From a virus, in IMG/VR virus record IMGVR_UViG_3300045988_135886: a stretch of 64,000 nt of DNA. One strand, 5' to 3'. Numbering within the stretch: position 1 is the stretch's first letter; every line of letters starts with the position of its first letter. Under the pieces are notes generated by a model, which saw only the letters and a list, made by a program, of their open reading frames with translations, did not search any database and had not been told where the DNA came from. A program made the translations under genes and the position numbers. Of this stretch, positions 1 to 8,831 are shown in pieces.

Positions 1-2
1 CA

Positions 3-2465
3 CCAGAAACTACTCAGGTACGTGCAAAAGCCGGACAAGAATATCAGATTACTACGGACTTAACAAATATGGATGATACAGCTATTCTTATCTATGCTGC
101 ATCAAGAATTGAGGCACTAAATGACCTCTCTGCTTGTTATATTCATGATAATGATTTCTCAAAGGCTTCTAAGCTGAAAACTCTTATCATTGGTAATAAT
201 ACAGCTGGATATCAGAATACTTTTATGACATCTCTTAATATGGGTAATAATACTCTTCTTGAGACTTTGGATATTCGTAATTGTCCAAATCTTACAGGAT
301 CTGTTAACCTGTCTGCATGTGAAAATCTTATTAATCTTTATGCTGATGGAACTATTGTAACATCTGTATTATTTGCTAATCATGGTAAGATTGCTCATGC
401 TTCTCTCCCATCTTCTATCAACACTCTTACACTCAAGAACCTCAAAGACTTAACTGATCTTAAGGTTGCAGGATACGATAATTTACAGACATTTGTATGT
501 CAGAATTCTATCGTAGATGCTCTTGCTATCTTAAATGCTGCTATTAATACTCTTCGTACCGTAACAATTACTGGTATCTCATGGAATCTTGATGATACTA
601 CGCTTCTTCTGAAATTATCAAAACTTGCCGGTATTGATGATAATGGCGCTACTACTGAGCAGTCAATTCTTACTGGATCTGTTCATGTTCCTGTAGTCAG
701 ACAGCAGGAATATAAAGAATTTGTTGGTTCTGAAGATGAACCTGGAATCTGGACAGACCTTGTTCTTACTTACGATTCAATCATTACTCAGTTTAAAATT
801 ACATTTATAAATGATGATGAAAGTAATACTATCCTTGATATCCAGTACGTAGATAAAGGTGGAAACGCTGTTGATCCTACTACAAGAGAAGTTAATCCGA
901 TTCCTATTCCTACAAAGAAAAGCACAATTAAGCTTGATTATACCTTCAAAGGATGGGAAGGTTCAATGACAGGAATCTTTGCTGACAGAACTATTACTGC
1001 TGTATATGACAGTAAAATTCGTGAATATACTGTAAAATATGTTTCTAAAGGATTATCTCTTCAAGAATCTACTGCCCAGTATGGTTCTTATGTAAAATAT
1101 ACAGGTGATACTCCTGTATATACTGCTGAGGAATCTGCTTATAAGTACAATCTGTTTAAAGGATGGGATAAGTCAGGATTTGTCGATGGAAATAAAACGA
1201 TCAATGCAGTATATGAAACCTGCGAATATGTAGATGGATATTTTGATGGTAAGGATCTGGCCAATATGACACAGGTTGAGCTTTATACTCTTATGAAAAT
1301 GGGACTTGAAGCAAAATTATTATCATTAAAAGATACATTAGATTTCAAACTTGGTGTTGATTATAGCTATGGCGACATTGAAGAGCATGAAGTTATTTCA
1401 ACTGCGACTAAATTTGATGGAACAAACTATATTGACACCGGATTAAAGATCATGGAAAAAGACAGAGACTTTACGATTGCTATTGACTTTGAATTTGATT
1501 CAGGAAATAGTGTAAACTCCACTCTTGCTCAGTGTTTTCAGGGTGATGGTTCAAATGGATTCAGACTTTGGTATTCTCAGGAACCTCGTTTCTCATGGAA
1601 TACTGATAGTATAACTCCATCTGCTGGAACAAATCGAGAGATTATTGTATTCCGTCATGAAGCTGGAAGTCAGAAGCTTTATGTATACAATTCAAACATG
1701 ACTGGGAAAGAAGTGTCTTCTACTACTCTGAATGCGATTAGGATTCCAGAGCATAGTTCCACTCTCGTATTTGGATGTTCTAAAGCTGACGACGGAGCAT
1801 ATGAAAACTTTGCAAAAGGCACTATACATTGGGCTAAAGTATGGTACGCAGATCTTGGTGAAGAACAATGTATGGATATTGCTGCATGGATCCACGAAAT
1901 AATCCCTATGGAAGTGGCTAAGTTTAAAGGATATTATCTGTCTGACGTTGCTTCAAAGAGAGCTAACATTACATTTGTTGCTTCAAACCTGTTAGGTACT
2001 GAAAAGCCTTATAATAATAAGAGCACAAATGCAGGTGGATGGGCTGATTCTACATTAAATACATGGTTGAATACTCGTATGGTTAAGGCAATCTCTCCTT
2101 TATGGAAAGCTCTGATCAAACCTGTAAAAGTATACTCTTCTATTGGTAATAAATCAAATGATACATCCGTATCTAATTGCAGATTCTATGTTCCATCTCT
2201 GTACGAAATTGATCCTACTGCTACTTCTGAACCATATATTTCTGAAACAAATGCTCCTATTGCTTATTTCACAGATGATGATACCAGAAAGAAAGCAAAT
2301 TCTTCTACTCCTACGGAGTATAAATCTTACTGGACCAGATCTCCAAATGCTACAGTTGCAAACTGGCTGTATACAGTCAATGAAGCCGGTGGAACATATG
2401 GGTTCTCTTATCCAGGACAGAATTCTGGAATCTTACTTATGTTCTCAATTTCAAGTGAGGGGTAA
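3..2465 (+). CDS. Receptor-binding / tail-fibre protein with N-terminal leucine-rich-repeat region; 5' end probably outside the window
   Basis: The frame is open from nt 3 with no stop before the first Met at 69. LRR-like periodicity is visible ('NTLLETLDIRNCPNLTGSVNLSACENLINLYADGT', 'LTLKNLKDLTDLKVAGYDNLQTF'). The gene heads a run of fibre genes. Confidence 0.5.
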   Translation, partial: PETTQVRAKAGQEYQITTDLTNMDDTAILIYAASRIEALNDLSACYIHDNDFSKASKLKTLIIGNNTAGYQNTFMTSLNMGNNTLLETLDIRNCPNLTGSVNLSACENLINLYADGTIVTSVLFANHGKIAHASLPSSINTLTLKNLKDLTDLKVAGYDNLQTFVCQNSIVDALAILNAAINTLRTVTITGISWNLDDTTLLLKLSKLAGIDDNGATTEQSILTGSVHVPVVRQQEYKEFVGSEDEPGIWTDLVLTYDSIITQFKITFINDDESNTILDIQYVDKGGNAVDPTTREVNPIPIPTKKSTIKLDYTFKGWEGSMTGIFADRTITAVYDSKIREYTVKYVSKGLSLQESTAQYGSYVKYTGDTPVYTAEESAYKYNLFKGWDKSGFVDGNKTINAVYETCEYVDGYFDGKDLANMTQVELYTLMKMGLEAKLLSLKDTLDFKLGVDYSYGDIEEHEVISTATKFDGTNYIDTGLKIMEKDRDFTIAIDFEFDSGNSVNSTLAQCFQGDGSNGFRLWYSQEPRFSWNTDSITPSAGTNREIIVFRHEAGSQKLYVYNSNMTGKEVSSTTLNAIRIPEHSSTLVFGCSKADDGAYENFAKGTIHWAKVWYADLGEEQCMDIAAWIHEIIPMEVAKFKGYYLSDVASKRANITFVASNLLGTEKPYNNKSTNAGGWADSTLNTWLNTRMVKAISPLWKALIKPVKVYSSIGNKSNDTSVSNCRFYVPSLYEIDPTATSEPYISETNAPIAYFTDDDTRKKANSSTPTEYKSYWTRSPNATVANWLYTVNEAGGTYGFSYPGQNSGILLMFSISSEG

Positions 2466-2494
2466 CCATTCCCATCTTATAAGGAGGATATCAC

Positions 2495-2737
2495 ATGTAT
2501 TATAAAGTAATCAAAAATGATGAAGTCGTAGATGTCCTTAATCATATCCTGTATATCAAATATCAGGAGAAACATAGTCTGTTGCTTCTATGTGATATCA
2601 CAGAAGCACAGGCTATTTTAAGTTCAGACGGAAAATATGGATGGCACATTGAAGGTCTCTATAATTTTCCGCCTGATAATGACATCTATGCAATAAAAGA
2701 AATTTCAAAATATGAATATGACAAATTGAAGAGGTGA
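2495..2737 (+). CDS. Hypothetical protein (80 aa)
   Basis: ORF with an AAGGAGG SD about 8 nt upstream of the ATG. No recognisable motif. Confidence 0.5.
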   Translation: MYYKVIKNDEVVDVLNHILYIKYQEKHSLLLLCDITEAQAILSSDGKYGWHIEGLYNFPPDNDIYAIKEISKYEYDKLKR

Positions 2738-2744
2738 TCACAGC

Positions 2745-3608
2745 ATGGCGTTAATTCCAACCTGGTATTCTGCATCAACTAAGCAAATTGCAGAAAAGGC
2801 TTTACAAAGAGGGGTGCTAAAATACCCAGGACTTTGTTACATCCAAGACAGTAAGAGTATAGCGTGGGTGACCATCGACAACACATTAGAATATGTCAAA
2901 GGAGATAAACAGATTACAGATGTAAAATGCATCGGATCAAATCTTATGTTTTTCTCTGGAGATAAACTGCTTTTCTCTTATGACATATCTATGACTGACG
3001 AAGATAAAGGTCATATTATTGAAGAGGTCAAGAAAACAATCGGATTGGATAATTATGTCAAGTCTTCTGAGCTTTCTACTCTTTTAGATAATATAATCGG
3101 TAATCTTGAAGATAAGTCCACTGTTGTAGACTATATCAACAGCTTATCTTATAACAAATTATTTGACGTACCTATTGTAAATCTTATAGGTACACTTACT
3201 GTTCCTGTGAAGATATCATCACTCGATGATGGTATTTATAAAGTAAAAGGCCAATGTATCATTGGCGGAAACAATACTACTGTTCAATCTTCTGCAGACG
3301 ATGTTCTGTATCTTGTATCTCATGATGCTGATACTTCCAGCACAACAATCACAAAAATGCAAGGAAAATCTATTACATTGTATTTCATTCAGCAAGATGG
3401 TGAATATACGACTGATCGTTATGTCACTGAAAGCTGGATTAATGAACAGAATTTTGCAAGTGCTGATTCTGTAAAAGAATATGTTTCAAATATCATTGAA
3501 GAAACTGTTCTGGATGTTTTAGATGAACATATTGACTCTGCTTTAGACCGAAAACTCGGAGGTATTGATTCCGAAGATTTAACAAATATATTTCAAGGAG
3601 GAAACTAA
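2745..3608 (+). CDS. Hypothetical virion-module protein
   Basis: ORF tightly packed between neighbours with a GAGGTG SD. No recognisable motif. Confidence 0.45.
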   Translation: MALIPTWYSASTKQIAEKALQRGVLKYPGLCYIQDSKSIAWVTIDNTLEYVKGDKQITDVKCIGSNLMFFSGDKLLFSYDISMTDEDKGHIIEEVKKTIGLDNYVKSSELSTLLDNIIGNLEDKSTVVDYINSLSYNKLFDVPIVNLIGTLTVPVKISSLDDGIYKVKGQCIIGGNNTTVQSSADDVLYLVSHDADTSSTTITKMQGKSITLYFIQQDGEYTTDRYVTESWINEQNFASADSVKEYVSNIIEETVLDVLDEHIDSALDRKLGGIDSEDLTNIFQGGN

Positions 3609-3610
3609 TT

Positions 3611-4681
3611 ATGGCAAAATTACAGTTCGCTACACTTTCTAATCTTCAGGAGTTTTTAAATCTGCATAACGTACAGATCGACTCTAAAATCAGTGAGGCT
3701 GTCAAAAACTCAATTAAAACAGTATCTCAGTCAGAAGACGGATACACACTTTATTTCTACACAAAAACTGCTCCAGTAACTATTGATGAAGCAGCATTTA
3801 CTATTACTATTCCTCAGCCAACAGGAAAAGCTGACAAAGTAAAAGGTGCAGTAAAAGGTCATCTTGCAGGATTAGATGAAAATGGTAATCTGGTAGATTC
3901 TGGAAAGACTGTTGCAGATTTCGATGCTGCTGGCGCTGCTAACACAGCAAAAACAGAAGTAATGTCTTATGTTGGTACCATTCCTGCTGATGCAAAAGCT
4001 AAAAATGTAGTTGCTTATATCAAAGAAGCTGTTACTACTGGTCAGTATGATGATTCTGCATTAAAAGCAAGCGTTGCAGCTAATACAGCAGCTATTGGAA
4101 CACTGAATGGCACTGGTGACGGATCAGTAAAGAAAGCTGTTGCAGATGCAGTCGCTAAAATCGTCGCAGATGCTCCAGAAGCATATGATACACTGAAAGA
4201 GATTTCTGATTGGATTTCTACACATACATCTGATGCTGCTACAATGAATTCTCAGATCAAAACAAATAAAGAGGATATCACAAAGCTGAAGACTCTTATC
4301 GGTACTCTTCCAGAATCTGCTACATCTAAAGATATCGTAGGTTATATTGCAGAATACGTATCTAAAGCTCTTGCTGATTCTGATCTTTCTAAGTATGCAA
4401 AAGCTGCTGATCTTGAAGCTGCTGTAGGCAGAATTGATGCTATCGAAAAGAAATTACCTACATTAGAGGCTGCTGATAAAAAGAATGCCGAAGATATTAC
4501 TGCTGTTAAAGGTAGAATGGATACAGCGGAAGGCAAAATTACTGCTGTAGAAAAAGATCTTGCTACTGAAAAACCGAAGATTGCTAAAAACACATCTGAT
4601 ATTGCCGCTCTTAAGGGACTTGTTGGAGATGGATATGAAGCAATTCCAAGTGCGTCTATCAAAGGTTTATTTAGTGCGTAA
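3611..4681 (+). CDS. Ala/Lys/Asp-rich fibrous (coiled-coil-like) virion protein
   Basis: AAGGAGG SD. Long low-complexity helical segments such as 'AADLEAAVGRIDAIEKKLPTLEAADKKNAEDITAVKGRMDTAEGKITAVEKDLATEK'. Confidence 0.45.
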   Translation: MAKLQFATLSNLQEFLNLHNVQIDSKISEAVKNSIKTVSQSEDGYTLYFYTKTAPVTIDEAAFTITIPQPTGKADKVKGAVKGHLAGLDENGNLVDSGKTVADFDAAGAANTAKTEVMSYVGTIPADAKAKNVVAYIKEAVTTGQYDDSALKASVAANTAAIGTLNGTGDGSVKKAVADAVAKIVADAPEAYDTLKEISDWISTHTSDAATMNSQIKTNKEDITKLKTLIGTLPESATSKDIVGYIAEYVSKALADSDLSKYAKAADLEAAVGRIDAIEKKLPTLEAADKKNAEDITAVKGRMDTAEGKITAVEKDLATEKPKIAKNTSDIAALKGLVGDGYEAIPSASIKGLFSA

Positions 4682-4684
4682 AGT

Positions 4685-4701
4685 AAGGGGTTACTCCCCT
4701 T
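4685..4701 (+). terminator. Weak hairpin after the coiled-coil fibre gene
   Basis: AAGGGG-ttact-CCCCTT stem-loop 4 nt after the stop codon. The downstream T tract is poor (gctttaatt). Confidence 0.3.
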
Positions 4702-4732
4702 GCTTTAATTAAAGCGAAGGGATGTGCAGATA

Positions 4733-4990
4733 ATGAAAGAACAATTTCTTAATTTACAAGGTCTTACTGAGCTTGTTGATTATATTAAAAAATATATAGC
4801 TGATCAGCAAGAAGTCATCCCTTATGCATCTTATACATTGTTTCCAACAATTGGTAAAACAAACGCAATTTATGTGGACACAACCACAAATGCAATCTAT
4901 AGATGGGATGATAATAATATCAAATATTATGCATTGGCATTTGATCCTGAAAAGGAATTCATCATGCAATGCGGTAGCTCGAAAGGATGA
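4733..4990 (+). CDS. Hypothetical small protein
   Basis: The track ORF starts at GTG 4724. The ATG at 4733 has a GAAGGGA SD about 10 nt upstream. Confidence 0.4.
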   Translation: MKEQFLNLQGLTELVDYIKKYIADQQEVIPYASYTLFPTIGKTNAIYVDTTTNAIYRWDDNNIKYYALAFDPEKEFIMQCGSSKG

Positions 4991-4995
4991 TGTAA

Positions 4996-6765
4996 ATGGC
5001 TACACAGACATTGAATACTCGTATTGCCCTTAAATCGGATACAACCGCTAATTGGGCGAAATCTACGCTTGTTCTTTTAAAGGGTGAACAAGCGATTGAA
5101 ATTACAGAATCTGGTGCTTACAAAATTAAAATTGGTGATGGAGTTAAAACATTTGCTGAATTGCCATATGCAACTATGACACCAGAAGAAATCTCTGCAC
5201 TGATTGGTGATGGTTCAGTACAGAACGTAACTCTTGCTTCCGGTACTAACAACGGTACATTAAAACTGACTGTAGATGGAACAACTACAGATAATATTGC
5301 GGTAAAAGGATTAGGAAGTGCTGCATATACAAATACTTCTGCTTATGCAACTGCCGCACAGGGTGCTCTTGCTACAAACGCAGTCCGTAAAGTAGTTTCT
5401 GGCACTGCGAACGGTACAATCTCTGTAACAACAGGAACTGGAGCAGCAACAGATATAGCAGTAAAAGGATTGGGATCTGCTGCATATAAAGGAGCTGGAG
5501 CTTCACAGGGACAAGTTCCTGTAAATGGAGCCGCTCTTGGAACGACAGCCAATGTTCCTGTAGTAACAAATACTTCCGGACAGTTAGTTCCGCATGCCTC
5601 TGGTGCTCTTGGTTCTGCCGCATTTAAAGGTGCCGAGACATTTGCAACAGCTGCACAAGGTGCTAAAGCAGATAAATCAGTTCAGTCTGTATCTATTACT
5701 TCTGGAACTAATAACGGCACAATTAAATTAACTGTTAACGGCAATGCTACTGACAATATTGCTGTTAAAGGGCTAGGTTCTGCTGCTTACACAGCTTCAG
5801 GTGCCTATGCTACATCCGCTCAGGGTGCAAAAGCAGACGCGGCTATGCCAAAAGCCGGTGGTACATTCACAGGTACAGTAACGCTTGCAGCCGATCCAAC
5901 TGATGCTTTACAGCCAACAACAAAACAGTATGTAGATGCCAAAATTTCAAGTTCTATTGCTGCTTCTGATGCAATGGTGTTTAAAGGAACACTTGGAACT
6001 AATGGTACTGCTACTGCTCTTCCTACATCTTCTGTTGTAATAGGCGATACATATAAAGTAATTACTCAGGTTTCTGTAGTTGCTGATAATTCTTATACAG
6101 GAGCTGCTGTGACAGCTAAGGTCGGTGACTTAGTAGTCGCTATGTCAAAGGATCCAAAATGGATTGTTGTACCATCTGGTGATGAAATCGTTACTACTGT
6201 TAAGTATTCCACTACAACACAGAATCTTACAACAAGTGCTAAATCTGGAGAAATTACAGTAGGTGAAGCTGCTACAAAACAGGTAGATTCTTCTATCGCA
6301 GCCGCTTCTACTTCTACTAAGCTTCCAACTTCAAAAGCTGTTGCCGCTTTTGTTGAAGGAAAAGGTTACAAAACAACTGACCAGAAAGTAAAGAATACTC
6401 TTAATACTACTGCAAAGGCTTATGTAACTGGTACTACAAGTGCAACAACTGGTATTGGAGAACAGGTATTTGATACAGGTGTATATCTTGATACAACTGC
6501 TGGGAAACTTGTTGCTACTACTTTTGCAGGTGCTCTTCAGGGTAACGCAACGACTGCTACTTCTGCGGCTGCTTGTACAGGTAATGCTGCTTCTGCAACA
6601 AAACTTGCAGCATCAAGAAATTTCTCTCTTACTGGAGGTGCCGTTGCTGATGCTGTAGCATTTAACGGTGGAGGAAATGTTGCTCTTAGTGTTAAAAGTT
6701 TAAATACTGATTATTTAACTAATGGAGCCAATACTCTTATTTTAAATTGTGGGACATCTGTTTAA
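4996..6765 (+). CDS. Tail fibre protein with internal repeats
   Basis: The N-terminal motif 'LNTRIALKSDTTANWAKSTLVLLKGEQAIE..GDGVKTFAELPYA' is shared with the next gene. There are three copies of '..SGT.NGT(L/I)..T..G..TD(N)IAVKGLGSAAY..'. Composition is Ala/Thr/Gly-rich. Confidence 0.65.
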   Translation: MATQTLNTRIALKSDTTANWAKSTLVLLKGEQAIEITESGAYKIKIGDGVKTFAELPYATMTPEEISALIGDGSVQNVTLASGTNNGTLKLTVDGTTTDNIAVKGLGSAAYTNTSAYATAAQGALATNAVRKVVSGTANGTISVTTGTGAATDIAVKGLGSAAYKGAGASQGQVPVNGAALGTTANVPVVTNTSGQLVPHASGALGSAAFKGAETFATAAQGAKADKSVQSVSITSGTNNGTIKLTVNGNATDNIAVKGLGSAAYTASGAYATSAQGAKADAAMPKAGGTFTGTVTLAADPTDALQPTTKQYVDAKISSSIAASDAMVFKGTLGTNGTATALPTSSVVIGDTYKVITQVSVVADNSYTGAAVTAKVGDLVVAMSKDPKWIVVPSGDEIVTTVKYSTTTQNLTTSAKSGEITVGEAATKQVDSSIAAASTSTKLPTSKAVAAFVEGKGYKTTDQKVKNTLNTTAKAYVTGTTSATTGIGEQVFDTGVYLDTTAGKLVATTFAGALQGNATTATSAAACTGNAASATKLAASRNFSLTGGAVADAVAFNGGGNVALSVKSLNTDYLTNGANTLILNCGTSV

Positions 6766-6858
6766 ATGAAAGTGGCCTCTTTTATGGGGCTGCTTTACTA
6801 AATATGAAAATTATAGATTATATCTATTTAAATAAAAATTAAAAAAGGGAGGTGCACA

Positions 6859-8274
6859 ATGGGAGAACAAAATCTCAATATACGAATCAAACATAAATAT
6901 GATACGGAAGCTAATTGGAATAAAAATAATCCTGTTCTTTTAAGTGGAGAAATAGCAATTACAAGTGATAAATTCGGTAAACATAAAGTGGGAGATGGAA
7001 CACATAAATGGTCTGAACTATCTTATGCAAAAGCTGAACTTACAAAAGGCGATGTAACAGGCGCTCTTGGCTATACGCCTCCTTCAAGTGACACTTGGCG
7101 AGGTATTCAGGATAATCTAATAAGCAGCTCTACAACTGAGTCTCTATCTGCTGCACAGGGTAAAATATTAAAAGAGTTAGTTGACGGGAAAGCTCCGTCT
7201 TCACATACGCATACTAAAAGCGAAGTCGGATTAGGCAACGTTGACAATACTGCTGATGCCACAAAAAGTGTTAAATATGCTATTTCTGCAGGTAGCGCAT
7301 CATCTGCCGCTGCTCTTACTTCTAATGCTGGATCATCAACTCAGCCAGTATATTTCTCAGGTGGTAAACCAGTAGCTTGTTCATATACACTTGGTAAGTC
7401 AGTGCCTGCAGATGCATTATTTACCGATCATACTTATGGAAACATGAAGGGTGCTACTTCTTCTTCTGCCGGAAGTGCTGGTCTTGTTCCTGCACCTAAT
7501 ATAGGAGAACAATTAAAGTTTCTTCGTGCAGATGGTGCATGGGTAATCCCTACAAATACGACATATTCTGTAGGTACATCAAGTTACTTAGGAATAACTA
7601 AGCTTTATACTGAAACTGGGTCGGCTACAGATGGTACCATGACTCAAAATGCTATTACTTCTGCTCTTAACGGGAAATCTCCTACCTCTCATACGCACAA
7701 TTATGCAGGAAGTTCTTCTGCTGGCGGTGCTGCTACATCAGCAATTAAATTATCCACACCTAGAAAAATTGGTAACGCATCTTTTGATGGTACTGCTGAT
7801 ATTACCTTATCTCAGATGGGACTTAATGTTCCTGTTGAAATTACAAAAGCTAACTATCTTGCAAAAAAGAAAGCTGGAACTTTAAATGCAAATACCTATT
7901 ACAATGTTATTGATGAATATGATTCTGCAAATGTTATTAACGACTCATCTGTAACAGCCAACAGTGCGTTTTCAAGTACTAAATCAGAAAAAACATATGC
8001 GAAGAAAAGTACACTTGTTAATACTACTCTCACAGCAAGTAAATGGACTGGATCTTCTGCTCCATATAGTTATGTATTATCCGTATCTGGAGTAACTTCT
8101 TCAAATATTGTAGAAATAGATTATGCTTCTAATGCTTCATCTGCTGCTATTGAAGCTTATCAAAATGCAATGTTAGCTGACGGAGGACAGACTACAAATC
8201 AAATTACTATAAAAGCAACCGAGAAACCAACTGTAGATATTCCCATTACTATTGTTATAAGAAATGATTTATAA
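6859..8274 (+). CDS. Tail fibre protein (paralogous N-terminus)
   Basis: 'LNIRIKHKYDTEANWNKNNPVLLSGEIAI..GDGTHKWSELSYA' parallels the N-terminus of the 4996 gene. Fibre-type motifs include 'SHTHTKSEVGLGNVDNTADATK', 'SHTHNYAG' and 'KLSTPRKIGNASFDGTADIT'. Confidence 0.65.
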   Translation: MGEQNLNIRIKHKYDTEANWNKNNPVLLSGEIAITSDKFGKHKVGDGTHKWSELSYAKAELTKGDVTGALGYTPPSSDTWRGIQDNLISSSTTESLSAAQGKILKELVDGKAPSSHTHTKSEVGLGNVDNTADATKSVKYAISAGSASSAAALTSNAGSSTQPVYFSGGKPVACSYTLGKSVPADALFTDHTYGNMKGATSSSAGSAGLVPAPNIGEQLKFLRADGAWVIPTNTTYSVGTSSYLGITKLYTETGSATDGTMTQNAITSALNGKSPTSHTHNYAGSSSAGGAATSAIKLSTPRKIGNASFDGTADITLSQMGLNVPVEITKANYLAKKKAGTLNANTYYNVIDEYDSANVINDSSVTANSAFSSTKSEKTYAKKSTLVNTTLTASKWTGSSAPYSYVLSVSGVTSSNIVEIDYASNASSAAIEAYQNAMLADGGQTTNQITIKATEKPTVDIPITIVIRNDL

Positions 8275-8288
8275 AAGGAGGCGATAAC

Positions 8289-8831
8289 ATGGCAATTTAT
8301 AAAGGTGAACAATGTCTTGCCGGAGTTGGTAAGAATGCAACTATTAAAATTGGTACTGCTAAAACAGGTACTTCGGCTGCGGTAACTAATTCTGGTACTG
8401 ATACAGATGCTATATTGAATTTTACATTACCTAAAGGTGATCAGGGAGTTGGAATTTCAAGTGTTATCCCTCATTATCTTGCAAGTCCTAAATCGCAGGG
8501 AGTGACCAGATCAACTACTGGATGGGCGACTTCCGCTCAAGTTATGACATCTACAAATAAATATTTGTGGTGTTATCATGAATTTGTTTTGACAAACAAT
8601 AATCATTTGTATACAGATGCAACCGTTATAGGTGTTTATGGAGATAAAGGTGATCCGGGTACAACTGATTACAATGGATTGAAGAATAAACCGGTCGTTA
8701 ATGGAGCTGTAACTGCTTATCAGTCAGATATTATGAAATCTCAGTTGAGAAATGTGACATTCTCTACTGAAGAACCTAAGACAACTGATGGTAAACCTGG
8801 TGATATGTGGGTGGTGTATGGCGATGAGTAA
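8289..8831 (+). CDS. Small fibre-associated protein
   Basis: AAGGAGG SD. Ends in 'EEPKTTDGKPGDMWVVYGDE', a motif repeated at the C-terminus of the 10606 gene. Its stop overlaps the start region of the next gene. Confidence 0.45.
   Translation: MAIYKGEQCLAGVGKNATIKIGTAKTGTSAAVTNSGTDTDAILNFTLPKGDQGVGISSVIPHYLASPKSQGVTRSTTGWATSAQVMTSTNKYLWCYHEFVLTNNNHLYTDATVIGVYGDKGDPGTTDYNGLKNKPVVNGAVTAYQSDIMKSQLRNVTFSTEEPKTTDGKPGDMWVVYGDE

Noticed and set aside
4996-8274. A diversity-generating retroelement target, because the fibre N-termini resemble Mtd-type proteins.
   Set aside because: There is no reverse transcriptase gene in the window, and I could not see a template/variable repeat pair with adenine-specific differences.
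8788-8823. Track starts at 8788 (and likewise 10897, 13332, 16528, 19532, 22230, 48583, 50921, 60311) as the true initiation codons.
   Set aside because: In each case a downstream ATG (or GTG) is preceded at 6-10 nt by a strong AAGGAGG-type SD. Using it also removes long overlaps with the upstream gene. The adjusted starts are used in the feature list.
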